DNA from: a virus | Virus record (IMG/VR): IMGVR_UViG_3300046007_012472 | Coordinates: 12,437 to 76,436 of that record | Direction: 5' to 3' (one strand) | DNA: 64,000 nucleotides | Program-made: the position numbers and the translations under genes | The notes under the pieces: generated by a model | Told to the model about the DNA's origin: nothing | What the model saw: the letters and a program-made list of their open reading frames with translations, nothing else | Databases searched by the model: none | Shown here: piece by piece, positions 8,133 to 18,406 of the stretch | Layout of the letters: each line of letters opens with the position of its first letter | Position numbering within the stretch: position 1 is the first letter of the stretch

Positions 8133-8924
8133 ATGGGACAAGTATTTAGAATTCCAGGATCTTTAGGAAAATTATCTACGACTGCAACTCCATTGTATTT
8201 GCAATTATTTAGGAAAGAAACATCTGTATTGAAAAAATGGAGAAATATAACAAATGCTGATGTTATAGATGGCGATTCTTACATACTTCCGCCACCAAAG
8301 ATAGGAATGGGACTCGGAACGCACAGTGAAAACATGGATGAAGTTCAGTTTTGGCAGGTTTCTTCGGTAGGTGACAAAGCAAGAATGATTCTTGGTGATA
8401 CTGTTTTTTATGGTGTTAGTAGGGTTATAGAGGGGTTTCAGCAAAGTGCAAGCGGTTTGGCAAATTACGAATATTTGATTGGAAAATCAAGTATACCGAA
8501 AGACTTGACAGCGTTGCAATTCAAAGGAACAAGAAAAAGAGCATATAACTTCTCTTTTGAATTGTTTGCGGCGCAACAAACAGATTACTTTGACATAGCA
8601 CAATGGGTAAGAACTATGCACATAGCCTCCATGATAAAATCGGAAGGTGGTGGGGATAGTTTAACATTATACACACCATCGGTATTTACATTTTCAATAC
8701 ATGCCGGAAGTGAAAATGGGAATGTCGGAGGCGATGTCACAAATAATTGGTTTTTTTCACCAAAACCATGCATGATGATTGGTTTCAACTCATCGGCTGT
8801 CGATTATCAAGCAATAGATGGAACCTATTCAACTCCTGCTAGAGTGGCTGTAAATATGATTTTAGCTGAGATTGAGCCGGTGGTGTTTAGTAGTGGTGTT
8901 AAATCTGTTTTTGAGGTAACATAA
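8133..8924 (+). CDS. 48: baseplate tail-tube cap gp48-like
   Basis: FKGTRKRAYNFSFEL, PSVFTF, KPCMM, EIEP; position before gp53. Confidence 0.65.
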   Translation: MGQVFRIPGSLGKLSTTATPLYLQLFRKETSVLKKWRNITNADVIDGDSYILPPPKIGMGLGTHSENMDEVQFWQVSSVGDKARMILGDTVFYGVSRVIEGFQQSASGLANYEYLIGKSSIPKDLTALQFKGTRKRAYNFSFELFAAQQTDYFDIAQWVRTMHIASMIKSEGGGDSLTLYTPSVFTFSIHAGSENGNVGGDVTNNWFFSPKPCMMIGFNSSAVDYQAIDGTYSTPARVAVNMILAEIEPVVFSSGVKSVFEVT

Positions 8925-8927
8925 AAG

Positions 8928-9818
8928 ATGAAATATTTCACTTCATTTCCTTCCACCAAATATCTGGCCCCGAATAAACAAACCGTTGAAATGGTAAATA
9001 TTTTTGATCGTCCAGAAATAAAAACAAGTGATCTTGAAAGTTATAATGCAGATAGCGATCAATATTTTGTGCAAGACACAAAAACCCCAGAAGAAATGAG
9101 CAATGAAATATATGGAGACAGGAACTATTTTTGGGTTATTCTGGTTTCAAATAAAATAATTGACTTTTATAGGGAATGGCCTGTTTCCAGTTATGAACTG
9201 TCAAGAGAACTTTATGAAACAAATGCGACTTATACATTTTATACTTTATACAACATGGAAATAAAAAAGAATGATATAATTGTCAAAGCAAATAATACAT
9301 CATCAATGTTTGATGATGGAAACTATGGAGTTGTTTTGGATTCAAATAAATTTTTGAGATCTTTTGATGTTCAGATGATTGCCGGGGACTTGAAAGAAGG
9401 CGATGAATATTATGTTCTGAGACCAATAGGTAAGAAATATTCTATAATATCAACTTCCACTGAAAATGAAACTCAAATTCTGAAAAAACGATCATTAAAA
9501 TTAGAATCTGGAGTTGAATTTTTGAAAGCAGATGACAACACAAGAGAAAACATATTTGTCTCTCCATATCAGTCACTGGAAGATTCGTCATTGATATCAG
9601 ATCAAATATCAAATTTAAACAGTGAATCTGGGATAAAAACCATACTGTATAACTATATTAACAACACCCTGTCTCCATCCGTAACTGTCGTTACATTCAT
9701 GGAACAAAAACAAAGACAGTGGGTTTCTTCCAGGGTGATAAAGGCTGTTCCGAATAATCTACTGGGACAATTTACCAATGCTTACAATTCATCCGTAGAA
9801 AGGCTAGTGAATCAATAA
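8928..9818 (+). CDS. 53: baseplate wedge gp53
   Basis: MKYFTSFP, TPEEMSNEIYGDRNYFWVILVSNKIIDFYREWP LysM-like motif. Confidence 0.85.
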   Translation: MKYFTSFPSTKYLAPNKQTVEMVNIFDRPEIKTSDLESYNADSDQYFVQDTKTPEEMSNEIYGDRNYFWVILVSNKIIDFYREWPVSSYELSRELYETNATYTFYTLYNMEIKKNDIIVKANNTSSMFDDGNYGVVLDSNKFLRSFDVQMIAGDLKEGDEYYVLRPIGKKYSIISTSTENETQILKKRSLKLESGVEFLKADDNTRENIFVSPYQSLEDSSLISDQISNLNSESGIKTILYNYINNTLSPSVTVVTFMEQKQRQWVSSRVIKAVPNNLLGQFTNAYNSSVERLVNQ

Positions 9819-9819
9819 A

Positions 9820-12800
9820 ATGAGTGAAGTCAATAAGTTTAGATTAAAAGATGCAAGAATTCTCAGCACTCTTGATAAGAATCTCGCACCATTTCTATTA
9901 AACACAGCAGGATTTAGAGATCCTGACACAAAGACAGCTGGCGTTATGTCTCTTGAAGTAGAAGAGAGCATGTTTGAGCCAACCATAAAAGGAAAGGCAT
10001 TGATAAGAGATTATAGCGGATTGGGTAATAATTTCGGTCAAGTTGTATTTCCGTATTTAGGAATCGGTGGTTATGATATTCTAGAGTTGACTTTTGAAAC
10101 CGAAAAAGTAACAAATGGTTTACCAATCCCTGATGGTAGTGAAGCTAGTTACAAATTTCAATTTTTAATATACGCATTCTCGCAAGAATCTGGTGAGGCA
10201 AATTCTTTGTATGCAAATAGTACAGTACCAAGAATAATCACATTAAAACTTGCTTCACCGGAATTCGCATTGATGAATTATTTGTTTTTTGATTATTTTG
10301 GAGAACAAGATGAAAACCTAGAACTGAAAGAGGATTTGATAATACCGATTTCAAAGACAGAAAATAAAAAAGAGGAAAATAAAAAAGAGGAAGAGGAACA
10401 ACAAGAGGGAGTTCCATATACAGGAGAAGGGCTGGTTCAGTTTTTAGTTAATGGTCTTAATGGTCAATTAAAAAACAACGGCTTAAATGAAGTCCCTTTA
10501 AAATACGAAGAAGCTTTGAATTGGATTTGGTTAAAAAGAAATTATAATTTTTATCCGTGGGGAAAAATGGCAAGTCCCCCAAGAATGAATCAATTGGTGC
10601 AGATGCTAGCCGAAAATGCTGTACACAAGGATTGGAAAACAAATAATACAAAAGCAGCAAATTTTTTCTTTTGGAGAACACTTGATTCTTGGAATTTTTT
10701 CTCACTTGAAAAATTGGTAAAACTCCCCCCAACAAGAAATTATGTTCTTTCTGGTTACATGAATTATGCGGAATCCATTCAGAATTTAAAATCCAATAAC
10801 ATATCCGAAGGATTGTTGAGAACATCCGACGAAATGGACAATTTGGCGTTGTTGAATTCTTATGCATATGGTTCAAATTATGTGTTTGTGGAACCAAAAT
10901 ATACCGACGATCCTTATTCAAGGTATCTTGATTCGGCAAAAGCTCATATAATCCAAGAAATAAAATATGATTACATTGAAGACGGCAAATATTGGTCAAG
11001 ATTGGAACAACCGGAACAGGTCCAATTTTCTTTGTCAAGGCAATTAGCCTTCGTTCCAGGTTCACCAGCAATACAAAAATTTTCAAAAGCAATTTCAAAA
11101 AATCGCATAATCGACAAAAATTATGGTTATTTTTCTCCTGGGTTTTTTAATCGGCAGAATAATGTTCCATGGGAGTATTATGGTTATGATTACTCTACAA
11201 GACAAGAAGAAACTTTATGGCAAACTCAATTTGATATAACAGATCTTGAGGGAGATAGAGTACGCTGGCTTTACAAGGAAATCAAACAAAAACTAAAACA
11301 AAATCAAGAACTTTATGCAAAGCTGAAAAATCTAAAAGAAAAATGGAAAGTTTATAAATGTTCCATTTGTTGTGCAGGTGATATACCAGGAGCCACCCTG
11401 CCAGCAGGAACTCCAGGAGAAATTGCAAATATTCCTGGAAGCACTTTTGAGTTTAAATCGGAAAAATTTGAAAAGTCATTCAATCTGAGAGATAAAAATT
11501 TATCACAGTATGAAATAGTTGCTGCTGGCTCGTTCAGTGATGTATTGAATTACGACTCTTCTAAAGTGGGAGTTGGGATAACTTTTGAAAATGAAGAAGG
11601 GGAAATCGAAACATTTCAAAATGAATGGACCAAGAGTGGATTGACCTTGAGTTATAATTTGAACGAAAGTCCATATAATTTGAGCCTTGGGGAATTTTTT
11701 AGTCTAGAAAAAGAGCCGGATAATTTTGTAAAATACAGATTTGATCTTGAAATAAAAAGACACGAAAAATTAAAACAAATCCTAGAAAAAAATAAAATAG
11801 CAAGACAAATAAGAAAAGACAAATATATCAAAGGAGCTTCTGGATATACTGCTGCATATAAATCAAAAAATGAAGTATGTCTTCAACAGGGATGTACCGG
11901 AACCTGTTTGTGTCCAACTGAATATCCAGAAACAGTACAAAATAAAGTCAATTTGGTTGTAGGTGCACATGAAGAACTTTCTTTGCATGAAGATAAAATA
12001 TATGCACAAATAGATCCAATAATTGCTAAACTTCAACATCTAAAAAATGAATTTAAGGATCTTTATTCCAAGTATTGGTCAAGAAAAGCATTTTTCTTTT
12101 CTAGAAATATAGATTTTTCTACTTTTCTTACTTCCGGAAATAATTTATTCAACATAAAAAGCATAAAAAGAACACCCATTCGTGGAAGCAAATATGAGCC
12201 ATTTGCTCTTAGAAAACCTTTAGCTGGAAATATGGTTCCAGGTGTCACGGGAGCTCTGGATTATTATGGTAAACCGGTAGCAAGCCCTGTAGCAAATCCA
12301 TTGTGGTCAGGAACGACATCAACATGCATGTATCCATATGAAGTTCCCCCATATGTGGATGATTTGGGGTATATGAATTCTGTAGATTCGATAAACACAT
12401 ATAATGGAAACGATGTTTGTGGTGTCACTGCAGTAAATGTTTACTATAATAGAGGATATGACAGCGGAGCTTTAGGTGTTGGTGGGGGGAATGCAGATTT
12501 TTGGTCTTCGTTTGAAAATCCATATTCTGCGTTTCCATACAGCGAAGCCAGTGAAGAGCGACCGAAAGGTCCTATTTGGTATAGAAACTGGTTGGTTTCA
12601 TACAGAATAACAATATTAAAACCACCATGTCTGAACAGACAACCTCCATGTTTTGAGGGAGATTGCAGTTGTGATGAAATAAATCTGGATCTTCATATGC
12701 ATTTTGAGGCATTTGCAAATTATAAAAATGCTGAGATTTTACAGGGAACTCCAGGAACATCTGGTTCGGTTCAAATAATAAATTATTCCCACGCACAACT

Positions 12801-15054
12801 TTCAAAAAATTGCGATGGATGTAAAATAAGAATATTGAATGTTGAACCTGCTTCTAGTGTTAAACTTTATCACCCGTGGGCAGCTGATGAATTGCCGGGG
12901 TTATGTGGTCCGGCTGGATCATTTAGTTTAGATGATTATAATAATTACAAAAGATCAGCCAGTCTATTTAAAAGAAACCCAGGAATAACAGGAACAAATG
13001 ACTTTGATGACGGTGATCTTCCTCCTCATCTTGTCCTCGAAGGACTTGAAAGTTTCGTCAGAGTAGAATTTACTCAGCCTATAGGAGCTGAAACATTACA
13101 GGATTTTCCTGAAGGGTTTGTCGATACTCATGGAAGTGAATATTTCTTGCCATATATCGTACTGGCAACGGCAGGACCATTTGGTGCACAATCGGCAAGG
13201 ACAAACATAGCAGTTATCGGGCAAGATCCTTTTGGGTTCGATTTAGCTGTAAAGAAAATAAAGAATAGAGATGATTTTGCAAATATGAATTTGATGTTTA
13301 CAGATGATATTAAAGCAAAATTTGTCCCAGACGCTATAGAAAATGATCTAAATAAAAAACCGTATCCTGATCTAAGAACTCCATTTGGAACATCTTCTTC
13401 TTGGATGAAAACAAATCAAAATTCACTTTTTTATAAACCAAAAGACGGTGTTGCAGATCTTTTCGTTCCCAATGGAGTACAGGATATATTCAGGGCATCT
13501 GCTTTAGAGAGAAGTTACCCAGCTAAGACATGGTGGGATATGTGGGTATCTTTGCCTCCCATGGCTGTATCTACATTTTACAATAGACATGATGTTACTG
13601 GAATAAGTAGAGCAGCAAGTGAAACAAGTCCAGGAATATCATATGGCGGTCCTGGAGTGGGATTCTATATTGAAAATGCATTAGTAGCAGAACCTTTCCT
13701 GTATACAGGAGGATGTTCCGGTCAGAGTGGGGATTCTTGTTCTCCTACAGATAAACCATGGCCACTGTTCTTACACCCAGACACCGAACAATTTATTTCC
13801 GGTGCATTTGCATCTGATGCCGCTGTTATTCCGTTCTCGGAACTTTTCCAAACAGCAGAATTTGCAACAGGACCGGCAGGCACCACAACATTTATTCCTG
13901 GGAAAACTGCATCTGTATTGTCCAATGATCCATCAAACTATGTTTATAGAATTGCAAATTTCCCACACATTCGAGATCTTGCAGGACTTTCTGCATTGGA
14001 CAGGATACCGTATGATACCATATCATATCCAGTTGGAACTTTAATATGGGGATCTGGACTAAATTCCACATACACCTATCCGGGGGGTGTGCTTTACGAT
14101 CATCAACTTGTTCATTATTTTGATATTTCCAGAAAAACTCAATACGGTCTAGTCCAATTGAATTCGGACTCAATGCCGTCTTTGTTATCTTTAATAGGAG
14201 GAGTGGGCGGGGAGATAGAAAAAATTCAAGAGTACCAAAAATGGGTATCTAATAAACTCATAGACTGGTATCAAAATACCATTTTTGACAACAATTTTTC
14301 GGCTCAATTTGTTGTTATGTCTAAAGTTGATGGCGGATGTAAGGGATACCAGTGTATGAATCCGGACGGATTTACCGGAATAGCCGGATGCCCACCAACC
14401 GATCCCCTGTGCAACTGCCCCTGCCAAGGAAAAGGTCAGAACAAAGGAAAACTACTATCAACATATGTTGAACCTAGTAGTGAAATGCCAGATGAAATAG
14501 TTTTGAGACCAGACTTGATGGACATGTACGAAGATAAATTTGTAGGAATCACAAAATCTCCTCAATATTATTGGGGACAAGAACCATCATCTCTCCAATT
14601 GAAACAATTGGAAAAAACTCTTTCTGAATGCAATTTGGTAAAAAATCACCCTCAATTCGGAGAATCTTGGTTGGGTTGTGTTTGGGATGACCCAGACAGC
14701 AAATATAATTGCATATGTCCGATCATAAATAAAAATTTCCCCCTATACATGAAGTATAACAGGACAAATGCCACTTTCTGGGAAACACCATTAGAGGCAC
14801 CATTATACAGAACAGCACAAATGGCACTGTTCAATTCAAATAAAATAACTATAGATGTGCCTGGAGATTTTTATCTTGTTACGGGAGATGTCGTAACTGT
14901 TGACGCTAAAAAACTTGGAACTGGCATGTATTCAAGATTTTCTGGTAAGTGGATTGTATCGACAATAAAACATCTTTTTACGGGTGATGGTCACATGATG
15001 AGACTTGTTTTGTCTAGAGAATTGCCGCATCCAAGCGATGGAGAGGGGGATTAA
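9820..15054 (+). CDS. giant gp27-like baseplate hub protein with ~1200-aa Cys-rich insertion
   Basis: N-terminal ESMFEPTIKG...IRD, FFFWRT..WNFFSLEKL; C-terminal ITIDVPGDF..GDVV..SGKWIVSTIKHLF; between gp53 and gp25. Confidence 0.7.
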   Translation: MSEVNKFRLKDARILSTLDKNLAPFLLNTAGFRDPDTKTAGVMSLEVEESMFEPTIKGKALIRDYSGLGNNFGQVVFPYLGIGGYDILELTFETEKVTNGLPIPDGSEASYKFQFLIYAFSQESGEANSLYANSTVPRIITLKLASPEFALMNYLFFDYFGEQDENLELKEDLIIPISKTENKKEENKKEEEEQQEGVPYTGEGLVQFLVNGLNGQLKNNGLNEVPLKYEEALNWIWLKRNYNFYPWGKMASPPRMNQLVQMLAENAVHKDWKTNNTKAANFFFWRTLDSWNFFSLEKLVKLPPTRNYVLSGYMNYAESIQNLKSNNISEGLLRTSDEMDNLALLNSYAYGSNYVFVEPKYTDDPYSRYLDSAKAHIIQEIKYDYIEDGKYWSRLEQPEQVQFSLSRQLAFVPGSPAIQKFSKAISKNRIIDKNYGYFSPGFFNRQNNVPWEYYGYDYSTRQEETLWQTQFDITDLEGDRVRWLYKEIKQKLKQNQELYAKLKNLKEKWKVYKCSICCAGDIPGATLPAGTPGEIANIPGSTFEFKSEKFEKSFNLRDKNLSQYEIVAAGSFSDVLNYDSSKVGVGITFENEEGEIETFQNEWTKSGLTLSYNLNESPYNLSLGEFFSLEKEPDNFVKYRFDLEIKRHEKLKQILEKNKIARQIRKDKYIKGASGYTAAYKSKNEVCLQQGCTGTCLCPTEYPETVQNKVNLVVGAHEELSLHEDKIYAQIDPIIAKLQHLKNEFKDLYSKYWSRKAFFFSRNIDFSTFLTSGNNLFNIKSIKRTPIRGSKYEPFALRKPLAGNMVPGVTGALDYYGKPVASPVANPLWSGTTSTCMYPYEVPPYVDDLGYMNSVDSINTYNGNDVCGVTAVNVYYNRGYDSGALGVGGGNADFWSSFENPYSAFPYSEASEERPKGPIWYRNWLVSYRITILKPPCLNRQPPCFEGDCSCDEINLDLHMHFEAFANYKNAEILQGTPGTSGSVQIINYSHAQLSKNCDGCKIRILNVEPASSVKLYHPWAADELPGLCGPAGSFSLDDYNNYKRSASLFKRNPGITGTNDFDDGDLPPHLVLEGLESFVRVEFTQPIGAETLQDFPEGFVDTHGSEYFLPYIVLATAGPFGAQSARTNIAVIGQDPFGFDLAVKKIKNRDDFANMNLMFTDDIKAKFVPDAIENDLNKKPYPDLRTPFGTSSSWMKTNQNSLFYKPKDGVADLFVPNGVQDIFRASALERSYPAKTWWDMWVSLPPMAVSTFYNRHDVTGISRAASETSPGISYGGPGVGFYIENALVAEPFLYTGGCSGQSGDSCSPTDKPWPLFLHPDTEQFISGAFASDAAVIPFSELFQTAEFATGPAGTTTFIPGKTASVLSNDPSNYVYRIANFPHIRDLAGLSALDRIPYDTISYPVGTLIWGSGLNSTYTYPGGVLYDHQLVHYFDISRKTQYGLVQLNSDSMPSLLSLIGGVGGEIEKIQEYQKWVSNKLIDWYQNTIFDNNFSAQFVVMSKVDGGCKGYQCMNPDGFTGIAGCPPTDPLCNCPCQGKGQNKGKLLSTYVEPSSEMPDEIVLRPDLMDMYEDKFVGITKSPQYYWGQEPSSLQLKQLEKTLSECNLVKNHPQFGESWLGCVWDDPDSKYNCICPIINKNFPLYMKYNRTNATFWETPLEAPLYRTAQMALFNSNKITIDVPGDFYLVTGDVVTVDAKKLGTGMYSRFSGKWIVSTIKHLFTGDGHMMRLVLSRELPHPSDGEGD

Positions 15055-15057
15055 TAT

Positions 15058-15459
15058 ATGTCATCTTTTAAACCAAACCTAGAAAGTTATAAAGATTTTG
15101 ATTTTGATTTCTTTTCAAATGATGTTAGCAAAGATGTGAAAACCAGAACCGGAATGTCATCAATATCACAATCCATAAAAAATATAATCTTGACCTCTCC
15201 CGGAGAAAGACCCTTTTCAGACATAGGTTCGGATCTTTACAGTTATTTGTTCGAAAACCCAAAAGGAGACGAATTAGTTTACATAACAAGTCTAATAGTG
15301 GCTGCCATAGGAAAACATGAGCCCAGAGTTGTCGTGGAATATAATGATGTCACGGTGACAAACGAGGGAAATGGCAAACTAACAATAAATATTAAATATA
15401 GAATGGCAAACAATTTAGAATCCAACTTGGTTCAAACATTAAATTTAACTTTGGAATAG
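15058..15459 (+). CDS. 25: baseplate wedge gp25
   Basis: YKDFD, ISQSIKNIILTSPGERPF, HEPRV. Confidence 0.92.
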   Translation: MSSFKPNLESYKDFDFDFFSNDVSKDVKTRTGMSSISQSIKNIILTSPGERPFSDIGSDLYSYLFENPKGDELVYITSLIVAAIGKHEPRVVVEYNDVTVTNEGNGKLTINIKYRMANNLESNLVQTLNLTLE

Positions 15460-15466
15460 AGGAACA

Positions 15467-17227
15467 ATGGCGGCGAATGATATTACAATCTCAGATTTAA
15501 CTTTTGAAGGCATCAGAGACTCACTGATTGAGTATTTGAAAAAACAAAACACATTCAAAGATTATAATTTTGAAGGTTCTGCCATTCGAACTTTAATTGA
15601 CCTATTGGCATACAATACTTTTTATTATGGTTACTATTCGAATATGATGGCAAACGAGATGTTTTTGGATACGGCTAAAATGGAAAATTCCATGATATCC
15701 CTAACCAAACCATTAGGTTATGTTGTTTACAATTCCTTGTCTGCAAAATCAACACTTAAGCTAACCGATGTAAATCCATCATATTCTTCCTTATCTGCAT
15801 TTTCCACATTTAAAGGAACAAATCCGGCGGGTAGACCTTATTATTTCTACAACATAAGATCTATAGCAATAAAGGAAAGTGATGTTATAAATGGTTTATA
15901 TGAAACACCTTCTTTTGAGGTGTATGAAGGAAGGGGTCTTATCAGAAGACAATTGGTTCAGGTCGATCTAACAACTCAAAGTTTTTCTTTACCTAATGTG
16001 GAGATAGATCCAAGAACAATAACCATTGAAGTCGGGGATGCGAATAGCGAAAATCTTTCATTGTGGACGAATTACTATTTGTCTCCCGATACCATTGTCG
16101 GATCAAATACCGAAGTGTTTTTTATCGAGAGAACAAAAGTTGGATATAATGTGAATTTTGGAAAAATATCTTTTGATGACGATGGTGGGTCCAGCAATGG
16201 AAAACAAATAACAGATCAAAATACGGTATATGTCTCATATCTGGTGTCATCGGGTTCAAATGCAAACGGAATATCAAACATAAAATTTGTATCTGACCCT
16301 GTTAATTCTTTGATTGCAAAACAAACAACTTTAGTAGAAATGTTGATAAATTCCAGAAACGGAACATCTTCTCCCGATTTGGATGAAATACGATTCTTCG
16401 CTCCCAAGTCATTTGCAAGCCAGGGAAGAGTCGTTACAAAAAATGATTACTATGCTGTATTGAACGAATTGGGATATGGTGCAGGAACATCCCCTGAATT
16501 TGGATATAAAGTTTTTGGAGGAGAAGAAGCGACTCCGCCCGTTTACGGTAGAGTCTTTGTGAGCATAATAGATTTGAATCCTACAGATGAAAGTGATTAT
16601 ACGCAACAAAGCGAAATAAACAGGATTCTATCCACACTGAAAAATAAATCTGTAGTTAGTATTTTGCCAGAATACCTAGCACCATTCACGGTCAAAATTG
16701 CTTTAACATTATCGTTGACCAACAAAGCTTCAAAATCTCCCGGAGTTGCTGGTCAAATAAGAACCTCTGTCAGAAACGCTCTTGAAGCCGAATATGGAGC
16801 GAAGAAATATGACAGGAGTTTTATAGAAATCGACATTAAAAATATAGCCAGAAATGCTTATTTGGGAACCGATGTTCCGAATGTTTTTATGGATATAATT
16901 ATATCAAGTCCAAAAGTGCCAGATGCTCAGGCAAGAAAAATAAATTTGAAAAATCAAATAAGTTCGGTAAAAATAACAGGATTTGACGATCCAAATTATT
17001 ACGCACAAGACAACGGCAAACACATATATTTGTATCAAAAAACGACTCTTATATCCAAAGATCCTATAGGTGAAGTTGATTTGACTAATGGAATAATAAG
17101 CATATATCCGAATGTCACCTCAAATGAATTGGTATTTTCAGTTAAAGTACCTGATAATAATTTTACGGCAAAAGACGAGATTGTATCATACTTAGACACC
17201 ACAAACGATTTAAAGATTAACATCTAA
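15467..17227 (+). CDS. 6: baseplate wedge gp6
   Basis: FKDYNFEGSA...LLAYNT...NEMFLDTA, IRFFAPK..QGRVVTKNDY, GGEEATPPVYGRVF. Confidence 0.93.
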   Translation: MAANDITISDLTFEGIRDSLIEYLKKQNTFKDYNFEGSAIRTLIDLLAYNTFYYGYYSNMMANEMFLDTAKMENSMISLTKPLGYVVYNSLSAKSTLKLTDVNPSYSSLSAFSTFKGTNPAGRPYYFYNIRSIAIKESDVINGLYETPSFEVYEGRGLIRRQLVQVDLTTQSFSLPNVEIDPRTITIEVGDANSENLSLWTNYYLSPDTIVGSNTEVFFIERTKVGYNVNFGKISFDDDGGSSNGKQITDQNTVYVSYLVSSGSNANGISNIKFVSDPVNSLIAKQTTLVEMLINSRNGTSSPDLDEIRFFAPKSFASQGRVVTKNDYYAVLNELGYGAGTSPEFGYKVFGGEEATPPVYGRVFVSIIDLNPTDESDYTQQSEINRILSTLKNKSVVSILPEYLAPFTVKIALTLSLTNKASKSPGVAGQIRTSVRNALEAEYGAKKYDRSFIEIDIKNIARNAYLGTDVPNVFMDIIISSPKVPDAQARKINLKNQISSVKITGFDDPNYYAQDNGKHIYLYQKTTLISKDPIGEVDLTNGIISIYPNVTSNELVFSVKVPDNNFTAKDEIVSYLDTTNDLKINI

Positions 17228-18402
17228 TGCTACTTTTTTTCAGAGGCGCAACATTCCCCACACCCACCGGCATCTTTCAAAAGATGCAGGCAAATTCTGC
17301 TTCAGCACTTGATATTAAGAAGCAAAATTTCAATCCGGTACAAGTAAAAAACCAAATACCTTTTTGGTTAACAAAAGAATCTTCTAATTTCACAAGATTT
17401 TTACAACTGTATTATGATTGGCTAGCTAATTCTTTTGGTTATTCGGGTGCAAATGTGATGGACATCGCCAAATTATTCGATGTCGATGAGACACCAGAAT
17501 TTCTATTGCCGAATTTCGTGAAAAATTATGCTCCTGATATACAGGGAATTTATAATATTGATCCGGAAAACAGGCCAACACCGGAACAGATAAGAAGAAC
17601 AATTAAAAACATCAAGACTGAATTGTATCAAAGAAAGTCAAACGAAGATGCATTCAGGACATTGATGTCATCTCTTTTTGGAATTACTGCAGATACGATC
17701 AGAATCAGTTATCCAAAAAGAAAATTGATGAGATTGAACGGTGGTAGATTAGATTGGATGATAAACACCGATTATTATGGTGTGACGGGAGAATATTCAC
17801 AAGACAGATATACCATGGTTGGAAGCCACTTGAATCAAGGAGTATTGCCGGATTCAAACATGTGGCAGGATTTTTCATATGTTTTGAGTTCTGAAATAGA
17901 CGATTCAAATCCATATTACGAAGCGGTTGTGAAGGAAACATTACATCCTGCTGGAATCCTTGGTCTATATGAAAAGATAGAACGATATTCGGAGGGTGAT
18001 TATGAACCCGGTCCAATAGAAAATTATGAGATTCCTAAAGTGGCTAATTATTATCCTTACAATTTACAGTCAACAGCAACATTACCCAGATGCACTGGTT
18101 GCACAGGAGAATTAAGTTTTAATGGCTGGAAATATCCAACCTTTGAATATCCATCTTGGGATCTTGAAATATCAAGCAAAACTCCTGTAGATTTTGGAGA
18201 TATAACATTGAATGATTTTTTTACACTGTCTCCGGTTGAAGGACAAGTTTGGCCAAATGATGAGATAGGAACATCTTGTGTTATTTCTTGTGGAGAAAGT
18301 GGTGATATAGAATTTAAATACTCTATAAACAATGATTTGACAGTTTCTGAACAAAGTGAAATAGACAGCAACAATGTGTTCTTTGAAAAGGCACAGGAGT
18401 AA
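17227..18402 (+). CDS. baseplate wedge gp7-like
   Basis: FLQLYYDW, IKNIK..YQRK, WQDFSYV, VKETLHPAG; follows gp6. Confidence 0.7.
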   Translation: MLLFFRGATFPTPTGIFQKMQANSASALDIKKQNFNPVQVKNQIPFWLTKESSNFTRFLQLYYDWLANSFGYSGANVMDIAKLFDVDETPEFLLPNFVKNYAPDIQGIYNIDPENRPTPEQIRRTIKNIKTELYQRKSNEDAFRTLMSSLFGITADTIRISYPKRKLMRLNGGRLDWMINTDYYGVTGEYSQDRYTMVGSHLNQGVLPDSNMWQDFSYVLSSEIDDSNPYYEAVVKETLHPAGILGLYEKIERYSEGDYEPGPIENYEIPKVANYYPYNLQSTATLPRCTGCTGELSFNGWKYPTFEYPSWDLEISSKTPVDFGDITLNDFFTLSPVEGQVWPNDEIGTSCVISCGESGDIEFKYSINNDLTVSEQSEIDSNNVFFEKAQE

Positions 18403-18406
18403 TCAA

